From assembly GCA_963757295.1 (NCBI GenBank), contig CAVWQZ010000007.1, positions 78,303 to 142,302 of the forward strand: DNA of 64,000 nucleotides. The letters are read 5' to 3'. Positions 1 through 11,151 of the stretch are shown in pieces. Numbering within the stretch: the stretch's first letter is position 1; each line of letters opens with the position of its first letter. This DNA comes from an uncultured Actinomycetota bacterium. GTDB lineage: Bacteria > Actinomycetota > Actinomycetes > JACCUZ01. Made by a program: the position numbers and the translations under genes. The notes under the pieces are model-generated. The model made no database searches. It was not told the DNA's origin and was given only the letters and a program-made list of their open reading frames with translations.

Positions 1-1
1 C

Positions 2-547
2 CAGTGGGCCCAGGAGCTGGCGCCGGACGCGACCGGGTGGCTCGGCTCGACCGCCGGGGTCACTCGGGACGGCCAGTTCATCGCGATCGCCCGCTTCGAG
101 AGCGAGGACGCGGCGCGGCACAACAGCGAGCGGCCCGAGCAGGACGCGTGGTGGGCGCAGACATCGAAGCTCTTCACCGACGAGCCGACGTTCAAGGACA
201 GCACCGACGTGGACGTCGACCTGCCCGGTGACCCGGACAAGGCAACGTTCGTCCAGGTCATCCAGGGCCGCAGCAGCGACCCGGCCCGGGCGCGTGAGCT
301 GATGCAGGAGAACCCGGACTCGTGGGGCAAGTTCCGCCCGGACGTCCTGGGCAGTATCGGGGCAGGGCACGACGGCGGGGCCTACACCGCGGTGCTCTAC
401 TTCACGTCCGAGGCGGAGGCCCGCGAGGGCGAGCGCAAGGAGATGCCGCCCGAGGTGCAGGCCCAGATGGCGGAGATGGGCAAGCTCGAGATCGGCGAGC
501 CCACCTTCCTCGACATCACCGAGCCCTGGCTCTACGCCCCTCGCTGA
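2..547 (+). CDS. hypothetical protein, 5'-partial, with two internally similar halves (dimeric alpha/beta-barrel-like flavour)
   Basis: Frame 2 is open from the window edge to TGA 545-547; the track shows only the part from M209. The halves are similar: ...FIAIARFESEDAARHNSERPEQ... and ...YTAVLYFTSEAEAREGERKE.... No family is assignable by eye. Confidence 0.5.
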   Translation, partial: QWAQELAPDATGWLGSTAGVTRDGQFIAIARFESEDAARHNSERPEQDAWWAQTSKLFTDEPTFKDSTDVDVDLPGDPDKATFVQVIQGRSSDPARARELMQENPDSWGKFRPDVLGSIGAGHDGGAYTAVLYFTSEAEAREGERKEMPPEVQAQMAEMGKLEIGEPTFLDITEPWLYAPR

Positions 548-674
548 CGGTCGGTTCATCCGCGCTGGATGGTGTCCGCGGCGCCCAACCCCAGCACCGT
601 TGTCGCATCGGGCTGTCGCTCGCGGCTCGCTCCGCGAGCACACGGCGAGGACGGCGGTCTAACTGGGAGGCACG

Positions 675-1842
675 GTGCTGCGCATCGCGCGAGGGCGGCA
701 GGATGGTGATCGCCGGGCACTCGCCGGCTTCGTCGTCGCTGGGGCGTTGTTCATGTCCGCATTGGCCGGGTGTGACAGCGGTGGCGACGGAAACTCAGAC
801 CTCAAGGCTGCCGAGGCAAAGGTGGCGGCGAAGGAGAAGGCACTCGTCGAGGCCAAGGCTGACCTGGCGGACAAGTCGGCGGCGTTCTGCGGCGCGAGCG
901 AGTCCTACATCGCAGCCATCGACCGCTACGGCGACGTGCTCACGAAGACCGCTCCAACCGTCGGCGATGTCAAAGATGCGGGCACCGACCTGGCGCAGCC
1001 GCGTGAGGATGTCATGGCGGGAGCCGAGGAAGCCGTGGCGGCGAGGAGGCCCTCGTCGACGCGGAGCAGGAGCTGGCGGATGCGAAGGCCGAGCTGGCGG
1101 CGGCTGAGCACCACCGGGTCAGCGACCGCGACAACCCCGGCCAGCCACGGCCAGCCCCACGCCGTTGCTGCCGGCGGCGACGGTCAACCTCGTCCAGGAC
1201 GCCGAGGCGCAGTTCAGCGCCGCCCAGGAGGGCATCACCGAGCAGACCCCGCTGGCGCAGGCCTCGCAGCAGTTCAACGCTGCCGCCGTGGCCCTGGAGA
1301 TGTCCTGGCTGCGGCTGTTCTCCGACGCGGGCTGCCTCACCGACGAGCGGCAGAAGCAGGCCGAGAAGGCGGTGCGCGACTACACAACGGCACTACAGAA
1401 GTCGTTGCGCGACGCCGGCTACTACGACGCCGAGGTCGACGGGGTCTACGGCCCGGCGACGGTCGACGCTGTCATTGCCCTGCAGAAGGCCCACGGCCTG
1501 CCCAACACGGGAACGGTCGACAAGGCCACCGCAGACGCCCTTCAGGCCGACCTGGCAGCCAAGGGCGGGGCCACCGCCCAGCAAGAGGTCGCATCCACGG
1601 CCGCCGTGCAGCAGACGCTCAAGCTGGCCGGATTCTGGGACGGTCCGGTCGACGGGGAGTGGACGCCCGCGCTGACCGAGGCGCTGAAGAAGTTCCAGAA
1701 GGAGCTCGGTGTCAAGCCAACGGGCACCGTCGACGCAGCGACCATCGCCGCGCTCGAGAAGGCGATCGCCGAGGCGCAGGAGGAACCATCCGCGTCCTCG
1801 ACGAGCGCACCCTCGACTTCAGCCTCGGCGACGAGCACGTAG
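675..1842 (+). CDS. secreted lipoprotein with a coiled-coil region and two peptidoglycan-binding (PG_binding_1-like) repeats; frame broken about twice as sequenced
   Basis: GTG 675, signal peptide plus lipobox LAGC. A/E/K-rich heptad-like N-region. Repeats VDGVYGPATVDAVIALQKAHGLPNTG and VDGEWTPALTEALKKFQKELGVKPTG lie in ORF 1165..1842. The N-part is in frame 3, EEALVDAEQELADAKAELAAAE in frame 2 (from ~1045), and the C-part in frame 1 (after ~1110). Confidence 0.6.
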
Positions 1843-1851
1843 AGCCCGGAC

Positions 1852-2805
1852 TCAACTGCCCGGGATGCCCGGCCGCCGAGCCGGACGGTGCTGAAGGTCG
1901 CGCGACGCAACGGAAGCCCAGGTGACCGGTCGTGCTCCTGACGGCGTGACCCTGCCGCGCAGCGGGGCGGTAGCGCAGGCAGTAGGACGGCGCGCACAGG
2001 TGGGACCCGCCCTTGGTGACGCGTCTGTCTGCCTCCGACAGGCGCGACGTCGGCGCACAGCACGAGTGCTCCTCGTGCTCGTGGCTCTCGGCGGCGTGAT
2101 CGTCGGTCCACGGATCGGCTGTCCACTCCCAGACGTTGCCGGCCACGTCGTACAAGCCGTATCCGTTGGGCGGGAACTTCCGCACCGGGGAGGTCCGCTC
2201 GTAACCGTGCGGTCGCAGGTTCTCCCACGGGAAACGGCCGTGCCAGGTGTTGGCCATCACGCGTCCCCGCGGCATGAACTCCTCCCCCCACACGTAGGTC
2301 GCCCCGTCGAGGCCACCGCGGGCAGCGAACTCCCACTCCGCCTCGGTCGGCAGCGCCTTCCCTGACCAGGCGGCGTAGGCCTGGGCGTCCTCGAGGCCCA
2401 CGTGCACCACAGGGTGCAATTCCAGGCCGTGCAGCGTCGTCCCGGGCCCGCCGGGGTGCCGCCAGTCAGCACCGGGCACCCATGCCCACCAACGTTGCCA
2501 GTCGTCGAGAGGGACCGGACCAGGCGTGGGGCGGAACACGAGTGAGCCCGGTATCAGGTCCTCCTCCCGCGCGTCCGGGAAGTCGCTCTCGTCCGGCGCC
2601 TGCTCAGCGATGGTGACGTGTCCCGTGTCTGCGACGAAGCGACGGAACTGCGCGTTGGTCACCGGGTGCTCGTCGACCCAGAAGCCGTCCACCAGCCGTT
2701 CGACGATGGGCTGCTCCTCCGGTAGAAGCGCTCGTCACCCATGCGCACGGAGCCGCCGGCGAGCCACACCATGCCCTTGTGTTCCGCCGCCTTCGCCGTG
2801 GCCAT
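1852..2805 (-). CDS. formylglycine-generating enzyme family protein (SUMF1/FGE-sulfatase fold), frameshifted
   Basis: ORF 1712..2692 reads DGFWVDEHPVTNAQFRRF...WEFAARGG...YGLYDVAGNVWEWT...GGSHLC...GFRCV. The N-terminus MATAKAAEHKGMVWLAGGSVRMGDERFY is in another frame (ORF 2659..3027). A single missing C in TACC(C)GGAG near 2720 restores ERFYPEEQPIVERLVDGFW. The tail after GFRCV runs 60 aa into the convergent gene; a second slip would end it at TGA 1852. Confidence 0.75.
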
Positions 2806-2970
2806 CGCCGCCTGCCCTCCCTCGTCCTTCGGCGCTAGTCGATGGATCGAACATGCGTGTGACCACGGTCTTCTCAGAACGACACAGCAGGGATCACCCG
2901 CTCGGGATGACTTGATGCCTCGAATGCTCCGCTGCGGATGATTCCGCGCTGCACGGGCGGCCGTACGTTC

Positions 2971-2995
2971 GCCCCGACGATGAGTTCGTCGGGGC
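2971..2995. promoter_or_regulatory. perfect 10-bp-stem hairpin (GCCCCGACGA-tgagt-TCGTCGGGGC) in the divergent FGE/lipoprotein intergenic region
   Basis: Read directly. It sits in a lower-GC spacer of about 320 bp between divergent start codons (2805 and 3124). Function unknown. Confidence 0.4.
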
Positions 2996-3123
2996 AGACG
3001 AGACTCCCCGCGATCGGAGGACTCCATGGGCCCGGATAGTCATGCGCGCGATGTGTCCGATCCCGCGCCGACCGGCGCGGGGCCTGACGACCTTCGATGC
3101 ACAGATAATCCGGACGTCTCACC

Positions 3124-4692
3124 ATGACCGTGGGCGGAGGCAATCGCTGCAGGGTGAGTGTCGGAGCCTTTGCGCTGATTGCCGGGATGATGCTGGCCGG
3201 TTGCGAGGGCGGGGAGAATCTCCCCGAGCCGACGGGGAGTCGGTCCGTGACCGTGAGCCGCACAGCTGCTGGGCCCTCCGCGACCCCGCCCGCGACGACC
3301 CCGCCCGCGACGACCGCGCCCGCGACGACGCCACCGGCGACGACCGCGCCCGCGACGACCGCGCCCGCGACTACTGCGACGGCGACACGGACCATCATCT
3401 CGAGGCCGTCGGAAACGACCGCCACCGCGACGGTGACGGCGACCCCGACCGAAGAGCCGACAAGCGAATCCCCGACGCCGACAGAGAGCGCAGAGGCCGC
3501 GGCCAGCGACGAGACGACGGGCTGGCCGTGGTGGCTCTGGCTCCTGCTAGCCGCCGCCATCGCGGGCGGCATCGCCTGGTTCGTCCTCGCCGGGAGACGG
3601 CGCCGCACGTGGGATGCTGCCTTCGCCGCCACGTTGTTGGAGGCACGGTGGGCCGCCGACACGCTCATGCCCTCTGTCACCGACCGGGCAGCGTCGGTGG
3701 AGGAGGTCGCCCAACGCTGGCGTCGCGGCAAACCCCGCTTGGATGAGCTGCTGACGGACCTTTCTCGACTCGCCGGCACGGCTTCGGGGGCAGAACGTTC
3801 TGGCCGGGCCTCCCAGGTGTCCGAGGCCGTCAAGGCGCTCAGCCAAACCCTTGACTCCCATGTCCTTCTTCGGGCCGGCACCAGCCCGACGGTGCAGTCC
3901 GGGGTCGAGCTGGACGAATCCCGACGCGTCGCCCAGACCCGCGCGGACGAGGTGCTGGCCGCCCTCGAGCCTCCTTCAATCGTCTCCCGCCAGTTAACGT
4001 CGCTCATGATCAACCAGCCCGGCTCGCTCGAACGTGAAGTACGTACACCCCGCGCAGCCGCGATCGCAGGGATCGTCTTCGCGCTCCTGCTGACGACTGC
4101 CATTTTCCTGACCCAGTGGGCGATGCCCCGCAACCGAGATCCTTCGGAATGGTTGACGCAGGACTCACATCGACGGGCCGCCGGCATCGCCGTAGCTCTG
4201 ATCCCATACGCAGGGATCGCATTCCTCTGGTTCATCGGTGTCATTCGGTCCCGCCTGGGTGATCTCGAGGACAGGTTCTTCGCCACCGCGTTTCTCGGGT
4301 CGGGGCTCCTGTTTGTCGCCATGCTCTTCACGTCGGCCGCGGTGACCGGGGCGCTCCTTGACCTGTACGGCGGGAGTGAGCCGGTGACGACTGGCGACGC
4401 ACGTCTGACCAACGCGATCGTGTCGGCACTTCTGGGGACGTTCGGCATCCGGATGGCAGCCGTCTTCACGCTGGTCGTCACCAATCTGGGTCGACGTACA
4501 GGCATCGTTCCCGGCTGGCTTGTGCTGGTCGGCTATGCGACGACACTGGTGCTGCTGTTCGCTCCTCCCCGGACCGTCTGGGCGACATTGCTGTTCCCGG
4601 TCTGGGTGTTTCTGCTCAGCGTCAACATGCTGGTGGTCTCGCTGCGGAGAGACCAGCCATCGCAACCGGGAGCGTTAGCCGCGACCGAGTGA
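3124..4692 (+). CDS. lipoprotein/membrane protein with a PATT-repeat linker, fused in frame to a multi-TM C-terminal half
   Basis: ATG 3124 with lipobox LAGC. (P/A)PATT x6 repeat, one TM (WPWWLWLLLAAAIAGGIAWFVLAG), then a helical soluble part. From ~3990 there is a 5-6 TM segment with visibly lower third-position GC. No stop separates the halves. Confidence 0.55.
   Translation: MTVGGGNRCRVSVGAFALIAGMMLAGCEGGENLPEPTGSRSVTVSRTAAGPSATPPATTPPATTAPATTPPATTAPATTAPATTATATRTIISRPSETTATATVTATPTEEPTSESPTPTESAEAAASDETTGWPWWLWLLLAAAIAGGIAWFVLAGRRRRTWDAAFAATLLEARWAADTLMPSVTDRAASVEEVAQRWRRGKPRLDELLTDLSRLAGTASGAERSGRASQVSEAVKALSQTLDSHVLLRAGTSPTVQSGVELDESRRVAQTRADEVLAALEPPSIVSRQLTSLMINQPGSLEREVRTPRAAAIAGIVFALLLTTAIFLTQWAMPRNRDPSEWLTQDSHRRAAGIAVALIPYAGIAFLWFIGVIRSRLGDLEDRFFATAFLGSGLLFVAMLFTSAAVTGALLDLYGGSEPVTTGDARLTNAIVSALLGTFGIRMAAVFTLVVTNLGRRTGIVPGWLVLVGYATTLVLLFAPPRTVWATLLFPVWVFLLSVNMLVVSLRRDQPSQPGALAATE
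3286..3375 (+). repeat. 6 x 15-bp tandem coding repeat (ccgcccgcgacgacc and variants) encoding (P/A)PATT
   Basis: Units at 3286, 3301, 3316, 3331, 3346 and 3361, read directly from the sequence. Confidence 0.9.
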
Positions 4693-4774
4693 GCAGCAGG
4701 CGCCGGCGCCCCGCACGCCCTTCACCCGGAAGCCCCACCATGGGGCGGGCTGGGTGCCGGGGACGAGTGGCGCT

Positions 4775-6016
4775 TCAGCAGCCCGCGAACCGCCGGCGCC
4801 TGGGGCTCCATCCCGGCGGAGGTGCGGAGCTGTCGACGGTCGCGCCGTACCGGCTCGCAAGCGGCTTCGCGGTTACGCCGTGCGCCACCACGCTGAGCAG
4901 CACGGTCATCCCGATGATCGCCACAGCACGATCGGCCTCACCGTGGAGATCCTCGAGGGCGATGAGCGCGAAGATGATCGAGGCCAGGCCTCGCGGGCCG
5001 AACCATCCGATGAAGGCGACGGTCGGCGGCGACAGCCCCGAGCCGATCAGGGCCAGAGCCACCGGCAGCATCCGGACAACGGTCAAACTGAGAACGGCGT
5101 AGCAGACGACCTGCCAGTCGGCCTGCTGGAAGACGGTCGGGACAGCGACCGCGCCGAAGAACAGCCAGGTCACGAGCGAGACCAGTCCGGCTGACTGCTC
5201 GACGTAGAAGACCTCCTTGACGCCACCGCGGCCCGCGGAGTTGCCGAAGGCGAGCCCGGCGACGAACGCGGCGACAAAACCGTTGCCATCCAGCCAGAGC
5301 GTGCCCGCGTAGGCAGCCAATGCCAGGGCGAGCACAGCTGGGCCGGCAAGGTCCTCCGAAGCCCATCCTCGGCGTCGCGCCATCCGCATCGCCATGCCGC
5401 CGACGACGCCGACGACGACACCGGCCGCGAGGCCGATGGCAAGATCGGTCAGCGCGCCGCCCACGCTCGGAGGGCCATGGATGCTGGCCGCGGTCGCCGC
5501 ACCTGCGATGGCAACCGTCACGACCGGGGTGACGATGCCGTCGTTGAGTCCGCTCTCGACGTTCAGCACTCGCCGGATCCGTTCCGGCACGGCTGGGTCG
5601 GTCATCACCGCTGCGCCGAGAGCTGCGTCGGTCGGTGCCAGCGCGGCACCGACGAGCAGCCCCATCCAGACGCCGATGCCGTCGAACAGCCACATCGCGA
5701 GCAGCGTCCCCGCGGCGATGGTGAGCGGCAGCCCCACAGCGAGCAAGCGTGTGTACAGGCCCAGGTCTGCGCGCAAGTCCCGCAGCCGCACCCGGGCCGC
5801 ATCCGCGAACAGAACCCAGACCAGGGTGACCTCGGCGAGCACCTTGACCGCCTCGTGCGAGACGTCAACCTCGATGACGTGCAGCACCTCGGACAACAGG
5901 AGTCCGAGCGCAACGAAGGCGATCGGCGCGCTGAGATCGGCACGAGCGAGTCGGGCCGAGCCGACTCCCCAGGCGAAGACAGCCAGCGCGATCAGCGCGA
6001 TGGCTGCCGCATCCAT
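4775..6016 (-). CDS. cation:proton antiporter (Na+/H+ exchanger family)
   Basis: ORF 4775..6121, with the likely start at MDAAAIALIAL (6016). About 12 TM segments. Typical motifs APTDAAL, ESGLNDG, GPRGLASI. Confidence 0.85.
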   Translation of the reverse strand: MDAAAIALIALAVFAWGVGSARLARADLSAPIAFVALGLLLSEVLHVIEVDVSHEAVKVLAEVTLVWVLFADAARVRLRDLRADLGLYTRLLAVGLPLTIAAGTLLAMWLFDGIGVWMGLLVGAALAPTDAALGAAVMTDPAVPERIRRVLNVESGLNDGIVTPVVTVAIAGAATAASIHGPPSVGGALTDLAIGLAAGVVVGVVGGMAMRMARRRGWASEDLAGPAVLALALAAYAGTLWLDGNGFVAAFVAGLAFGNSAGRGGVKEVFYVEQSAGLVSLVTWLFFGAVAVPTVFQQADWQVVCYAVLSLTVVRMLPVALALIGSGLSPPTVAFIGWFGPRGLASIIFALIALEDLHGEADRAVAIIGMTVLLSVVAHGVTAKPLASRYGATVDSSAPPPGWSPRRRRFAGC

Positions 6017-6283
6017 GTCCGTCCCTCCGGTCGAGCGAGCATGAGACGTCCTGGACGCCGGCATCCTGCTGCGCGGTCCACCGGCCACGAGTCGACCATC
6101 GACACGACGCCGATGGATCATCCGAGCGGGGTGATGCCTGCGCCTACGCCAACAGCCGGACGCCCGCGGTCGGCCGATGCGCCTTGCCTGGGCGACCTAC
6201 CCGTGTCTGGGAGGAGATGGCCGCCGTCGCCAAACAGCTGTAGCGACGGCGGCCAGCCCGGAGAGCCTCGGTCGGCCCGCGGC

Positions 6284-8877
6284 CTACTTGTCCGCCCAGT
6301 AGGCCGCCAGTCCGACCATCGACCACTCGCGCTCCGGGTCGGCGCGGTAGAGCGGGTTCATCGCGAACGTCGTCACTCGGGCGGTGCCCGACGTCGTGGT
6401 GCCGTGTGCGATGACGGGGGCATTCGGCTGCGGACGCCGACTGCGCGTCCATGAGCCACATACCGGAGGCGAGGATGTCCGCCGCGGCCGCCGGGAACCG
6501 GCCGTCGACGGTCATCGTCGCCGGGACCGAGGTGAACCAGGTCGGCGGGTCCATGATCGCGGTGTCCCGGCTCGGGCGAGGCGCCCGTGATGGGGCTCGT
6601 CGCGCCACCCACGTTGTTCCAGTTGACGATCCCGCTCCGGCCGTTGCCGGACCGCGTCGCAGCCGTGAGGCCGGTGACCAGAGCGCCATTGTTGAGGAAG
6701 CTGGCGCCGTTCGCCCCGGCACCGATGTAGCCACCGCCCGCCGCGAAGAAGCTCTGCAGCCGCGCGCGGACCGTCGCGTTCGCCGCAGTGTTCGCCGGGT
6801 AGGCGCCGGTGTTCCAGATCACGTCATAGTTCGGCAGCGGGTCGGTGGCAGCACTGTTGATGGCCGCCGTCGACATGAAGTCGGGCGTGAACCCGAGGTT
6901 CTGCAGCGACCAGACGTCCTGGTTGAGCGGCGCCGGTCAGGACCAGGATTCGCGGCTTGCGGTCGATCGGCTCGGTTGCCGGGCGCGGCGCCGTTGGTGC
7001 GGGAGAACCAGACGTCGTTGGCCCGGCCGATCGAGGCCAACCGCGTCTTCGTCGCCGAGCCGGCGTCGAAGATCGCGCTCCCTGCCGGCATGACCCGACC
7101 GCTCGGGGTCGTGAACGACGTCAGCGCCAGCTTGGCCGTGAGGCCGTCGTCCATCAGCGCGTTGAGGGTCCGGACCGCCGTCGGCGAGTCGATCGCCAGG
7201 GCATAGCCGGTGGCCGAGCCGGGCTCGACACCGCCGAGCAGGTGGCTGGCCTTCAGGATCCGGTTGGTGTTCGGGGCGAAGGACGCCCCACGCGGGACCA
7301 GGTGACGACGTCGGCGCCCCACAGGTAGCCGTGGCTCCATGCGGCCGGTGGCGCGTAGAGGATCGAGATGTCGTTCGAGATGTCGACGCCGACGCTGAGC
7401 GCGGTGTCGGCCAGCCCGCGGAAGGCCTGGGTCATGGGCACGACGTACGAGCCCTTGGGGTAGGTGACGCCGTCGAACGTGTAGGCCTGCTTGAGCTCAT
7501 CCACGACGATGCCGTTGAAGAGCAGCCAGTCGACCATGCGGTTCGCCTCAGGCTGGCTGCGCTGCGCGCCACCCATCGGGATGATGTAGGCGGTCGGGAA
7601 CTCTTCCATCCAGTTGTTGTCGACGTCGAACGGCGGCGGGCAGCACTCGGGCCGTGGGGCGTTCGACGACGCCACGACGGTAGCGCTCGAGCTCGTCGTT
7701 GAGCATCTCGCTGCGGTTCGCGAGGTCGTACTGGATCGTGGACCAGACCACCGTCTGCTGGATGATGCGCGAGCCCAGACGTCCTCGGGTCGCCGTGGAC
7801 GCAGGGCTGGTCAGGCAGCCGGTTCCGGTGGAGTTGCACATCTCGACGGTCGAGCCGTTCAGGCCGACGTGCTGGGAGTACATCGGGGTGTAGAACGGGC
7901 CCCAGTCGTCCCAGCTTTCAGCCTCGGCCGGTCCGGCCTCCTCGCCGTTCGGGCAGATGCCGCTCGCGGGATCGCTCCCGTCGGCGCACCAGTCGTTGAC
8001 CGGGCGCGTGATGTCGTAACCGGCCGCCGCCATGGCCGCCTCGTTGGCGTCGATGCGCGCCTGGTTCCACTTCAGCCAGAGGTCGTAGTCGATGCTGGGG
8101 TTGTGCGGCTTGGTCGTCGCCTCGATCAGCGTCGGGGTGACGTAGCCGTGCAGGTCGAGCATCTCGGGCGGCAGCCACTTCTGCATGATCGAGACGGACG
8201 CGCGGGTCTCCGGCTGCGACTGGGTCATGAAGTCGCGGTTCAGGTCGAAACCGTTGCCGTTCGCCCGGCGTGCCGGCCACGCGGCCGTCCGGGTTCTGGA
8301 TGACGTTGAACAGCATGACGGTGTGGTCCAGGACGGCGTCAACCTCGGGGTCCGCGCCGTACGGCGTGGTCGCGAGCTTGCGTAGCGTCTCGAAGATGGC
8401 CTCGACGCCCTCGTACTCGTTGCCGTGGATCGCGCCCTGGACGAAGAGCGGAATCTTGATGTCGTCGCCGGCATCGGCGACGAGCTCGCTGTCCGCGCGC
8501 CGGGATCGGTCAGCGCGACCTTGCGCACCTGCTGCCAGGCCTGGAAGTCCCTGCGCTGCTGCGGCGGTGTCCAGCGCGTTCACCGTGACGAGGAACAGGT
8601 CGCGGCCGAGCGCCGACTTGCCGATCACCTCCAACGACATCCGGCCCTGGCTGTTCGCCACGATGTCCTCGAGGGTGCAGCGGATGGCGTAGTAGGGGAT
8701 GTGCGGGAAGCTGCCGACGGGCTGGCCCGCCTGCGTGCCGTCCGGCAAGCTGCCGGCGGCGTCGGCGACGGGGTCGCCGCACCACGGTGGCGCAAGGTCG
8801 GCGGAGGCACTGGCGGGCGCCAGTGTCACCAGAAGAGCCAGGACGACGAGCAGGATCGTGCCGGGTCGACGAGACAC
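6284..8877 (-). pseudogene. secreted M14 family zinc carboxypeptidase (~865 aa if repaired), at least 8 frame breaks as sequenced
   Basis: Signal peptide (VSRRPGTILLVVLALLVTLAPASASA; RBS AAGGGG precedes GTG 8877). Motifs HGNEYEG, NPDGR, GFDLNRDF, LDLHGY. The protein is stitched from ORFs 7918..8883, 7548..8528, 7253..7675, 6819..7340, 6373..6876, 6144..6734 and a last frame ending ...MNPLYRADPEREWSMVGLAAYWADK-TAG (stop 6284-6286). Confidence 0.8.
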
Positions 8878-8975
8878 GAGCAACCCCTTTGGTCAGAGGG
8901 AAGGCGCCCGCCTCGAACCAGAGTCGGGTCGTCGCGCGGCCGTTCTGGCGTTCCTACTCGCAGCCCGCAGGCCCG

Positions 8976-11151
8976 TCAACCCTCGCGGGGAATCGCTGTC
9001 CTGTCGGGCTCACCCGACGAGCGTTGCCTCGGCGGGGTCGGCTCCCCGGCGGGGGTGCGGCGGATCGTGTTGGGCCACCAGACCTTGTCGTCGAGCTCGT
9101 AGACCAGAGCCGGCACCAGCAGCGAGCGCACGATCAGGGTGTCGAGCAGGACGCCGAAGGCGACGGCGAACCCCAGCTCGGCGAACGGCACCAGCGGCAG
9201 CACGCCGAGGGCCGAGAACGTCGCGGCGAGCACGATGCCGGCGGAGGTGATGACCCCGCCGGTAACGGCGAGTGCCTTCAGCGTGCCCTGCCTCGTGCCG
9301 TGGATACGTGTCTCCTCGCGCACCCGGGTCATGAGGAAGATGTTGTAGTCGATGCCGAGTGCCACCAGGAACACGAACGCGAACAAGGGGAACGACGGGT
9401 CCGCACCCGCGAAACCGAAGATGTGGTCGAAGACGAGTGAGCAGATGCCGAGCGTGGCGAAGAACGAGAGCACGACGGTGGCGACCAGCAGGAGCGGTGC
9501 GACCACCGCGCGCAGCAGGAGCGCCAGCACCAGCAGGATCACCACGAGGACCGCCGGGATGATCACGCGGGTGTCGCGCGCGGACTCCTGCTTGATGTCG
9601 TAGACCACGGCGGTGCCGCCGCCGACGAGGACGTCCTCGCCGATCTCGTCGACCGCGGACCGCAGGCGCAGCACCGTGTCCTCGGCCGCGGGGCTGTCGG
9701 CAGGGTCGGTGAGGACGGCCTGCACCTGCACCTTGCCGTCGACGACCTTGGGTGTCTGTGCCCCTTCCTCCGTGAACAGCTGGGCGTCGGCGACACCCGC
9801 AACTCCTCGCGTCACGTCGAGGAGGCGGGGATGCATCCTCTTCGTCGCCGATGACACTCGCCGGCACGCCGGACCCGGCCGGGTAGTGCCGGGCGAGCAC
9901 TTCCTGCCCCTGGACGGAGTCCACGTCGGTGGTGAACTGCTCCGCGGTGGTCAGGCCGCTCGCGTCGAGCTGGGTGGTGAACAGAGCCGCACCGGTCAAC
10001 ACCAGCGCCACCGTGATCCAGACCACCCGGGCCCGTCGTCCGATCAGCCGGGCAACACCGCCCCACACGCCGCGGTCGTGCGTCACGACGTCGTCGTGGC
10101 GAGGTACGAACGGGAAGAACCAGTAGCGGCCGAAGACCATGAGCAGCGCAGGGAGGAAGACGGTCATCGAGAACATCGCGCAGACGATTCCGATGGCGCC
10201 GACGGGTCCGAGTGACTTGTTGCTGTTCAGGTCGGACAGCAGCAGGCAGAGCAGCCCGAGGACGACCGTTGCGCCAGAGGCGAGGATGGGCGGGCAGGCA
10301 CCTCTGAGCGCGCCCCGCATGGCGACCGTCCAGGAGTCCTCCCGGTGCAGCCCTTCCTTGAACCGGCTGATCAGCAGCAACGCGTAGTCGGTGCTCGCCC
10401 CCAGCACGAGCACCGACAGGATGCCCTGGCTCTGGCCGTCCACGGTGAAGACCCCTGCCTTGGCAAGCAGGTAGACGACCGCCTGCGCGAGCACCAGCGC
10501 GAAGCCGGCGGACAGGAGCACCGGGATGAACACCGGGCTGCGGTAGATCAGCAACAGGATGATGAGGATGACGCCGACGGTGGTGAACAGCAGGTTCGTG
10601 TCGATGCCCTCGAACGCCGCCGCGAAGTCGGCGAACTGACCGCCGGGTCCGGTGACGTAGCTCGGCAGACCCTCGATCTCGGCGGCCGCCGTGACGTCCT
10701 CCACGATTCCCGGCAGCGTCTCGAATGCGGTGTTGTCCCCAGGCAGCGGTACGACGACCTGGACCGCCTGGCCGTCCTCGCTCGGGATCGGCTCGCCAGC
10801 CGGACCGGCGACGCCCTCGACCTCGGTCAGCCGCGTCCGGGCCTCGGCCACCGCCGCGAGGTCGGCGTCGGTCAGTCCGCTGGTGCGCTCCCAGACGATC
10901 AGTGCCGGGATGTCCTGGTCGCCCGCAAACTGGGTCTCGAGCTCGAGTGACTTGGTCGACTCGGCGGAGTCGGGCAGGAAGGCCGCCTGGTCGTTCTCCG
11001 TGACGCTGCTCAGCTTGCCGGACAGCGTGCCGGCCACCGGCATGACGACGAACAGGGCAACCACCAGCACGACGGCGGGCAGGAGCACTCTGCGCCAGTT
11101 GATGCCTCGCCTGCGCGCGGGCGTTTCCGTCGGATCGTCCGTGCTCGCCAT
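8976..11151 (-). CDS. MMPL family RND-type transporter, one frame break near 9825-9835
   Basis: ORFs 9010..11199 plus 8976..9857. Two MMPL halves (…GASTDYALLLISRFKE… and …GIDYNIFLMTRVREE…). Junction ...SVIGDEEDAS / PRLLDVTRGVAGV. Probable start MASTDDPTE (11151). Confidence 0.85.

Noticed and set aside
2847-2862. TCGAAC-ATGC-GTGTGA resembling the mycobacterial LexA box TCGAAC-N4-GTTCGA.
   Set aside because: The second half-site matches only 4/6, and neither flanking gene is a known SOS gene.
3286-3375. The 15-bp tandem repeat (and the 22-24-bp repeat at 21868-21937) as a CRISPR array or minisatellite island.
   Set aside because: The units are directly abutting with no spacers and are too short. 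The first is plainly coding (PATT). No cas genes are present.
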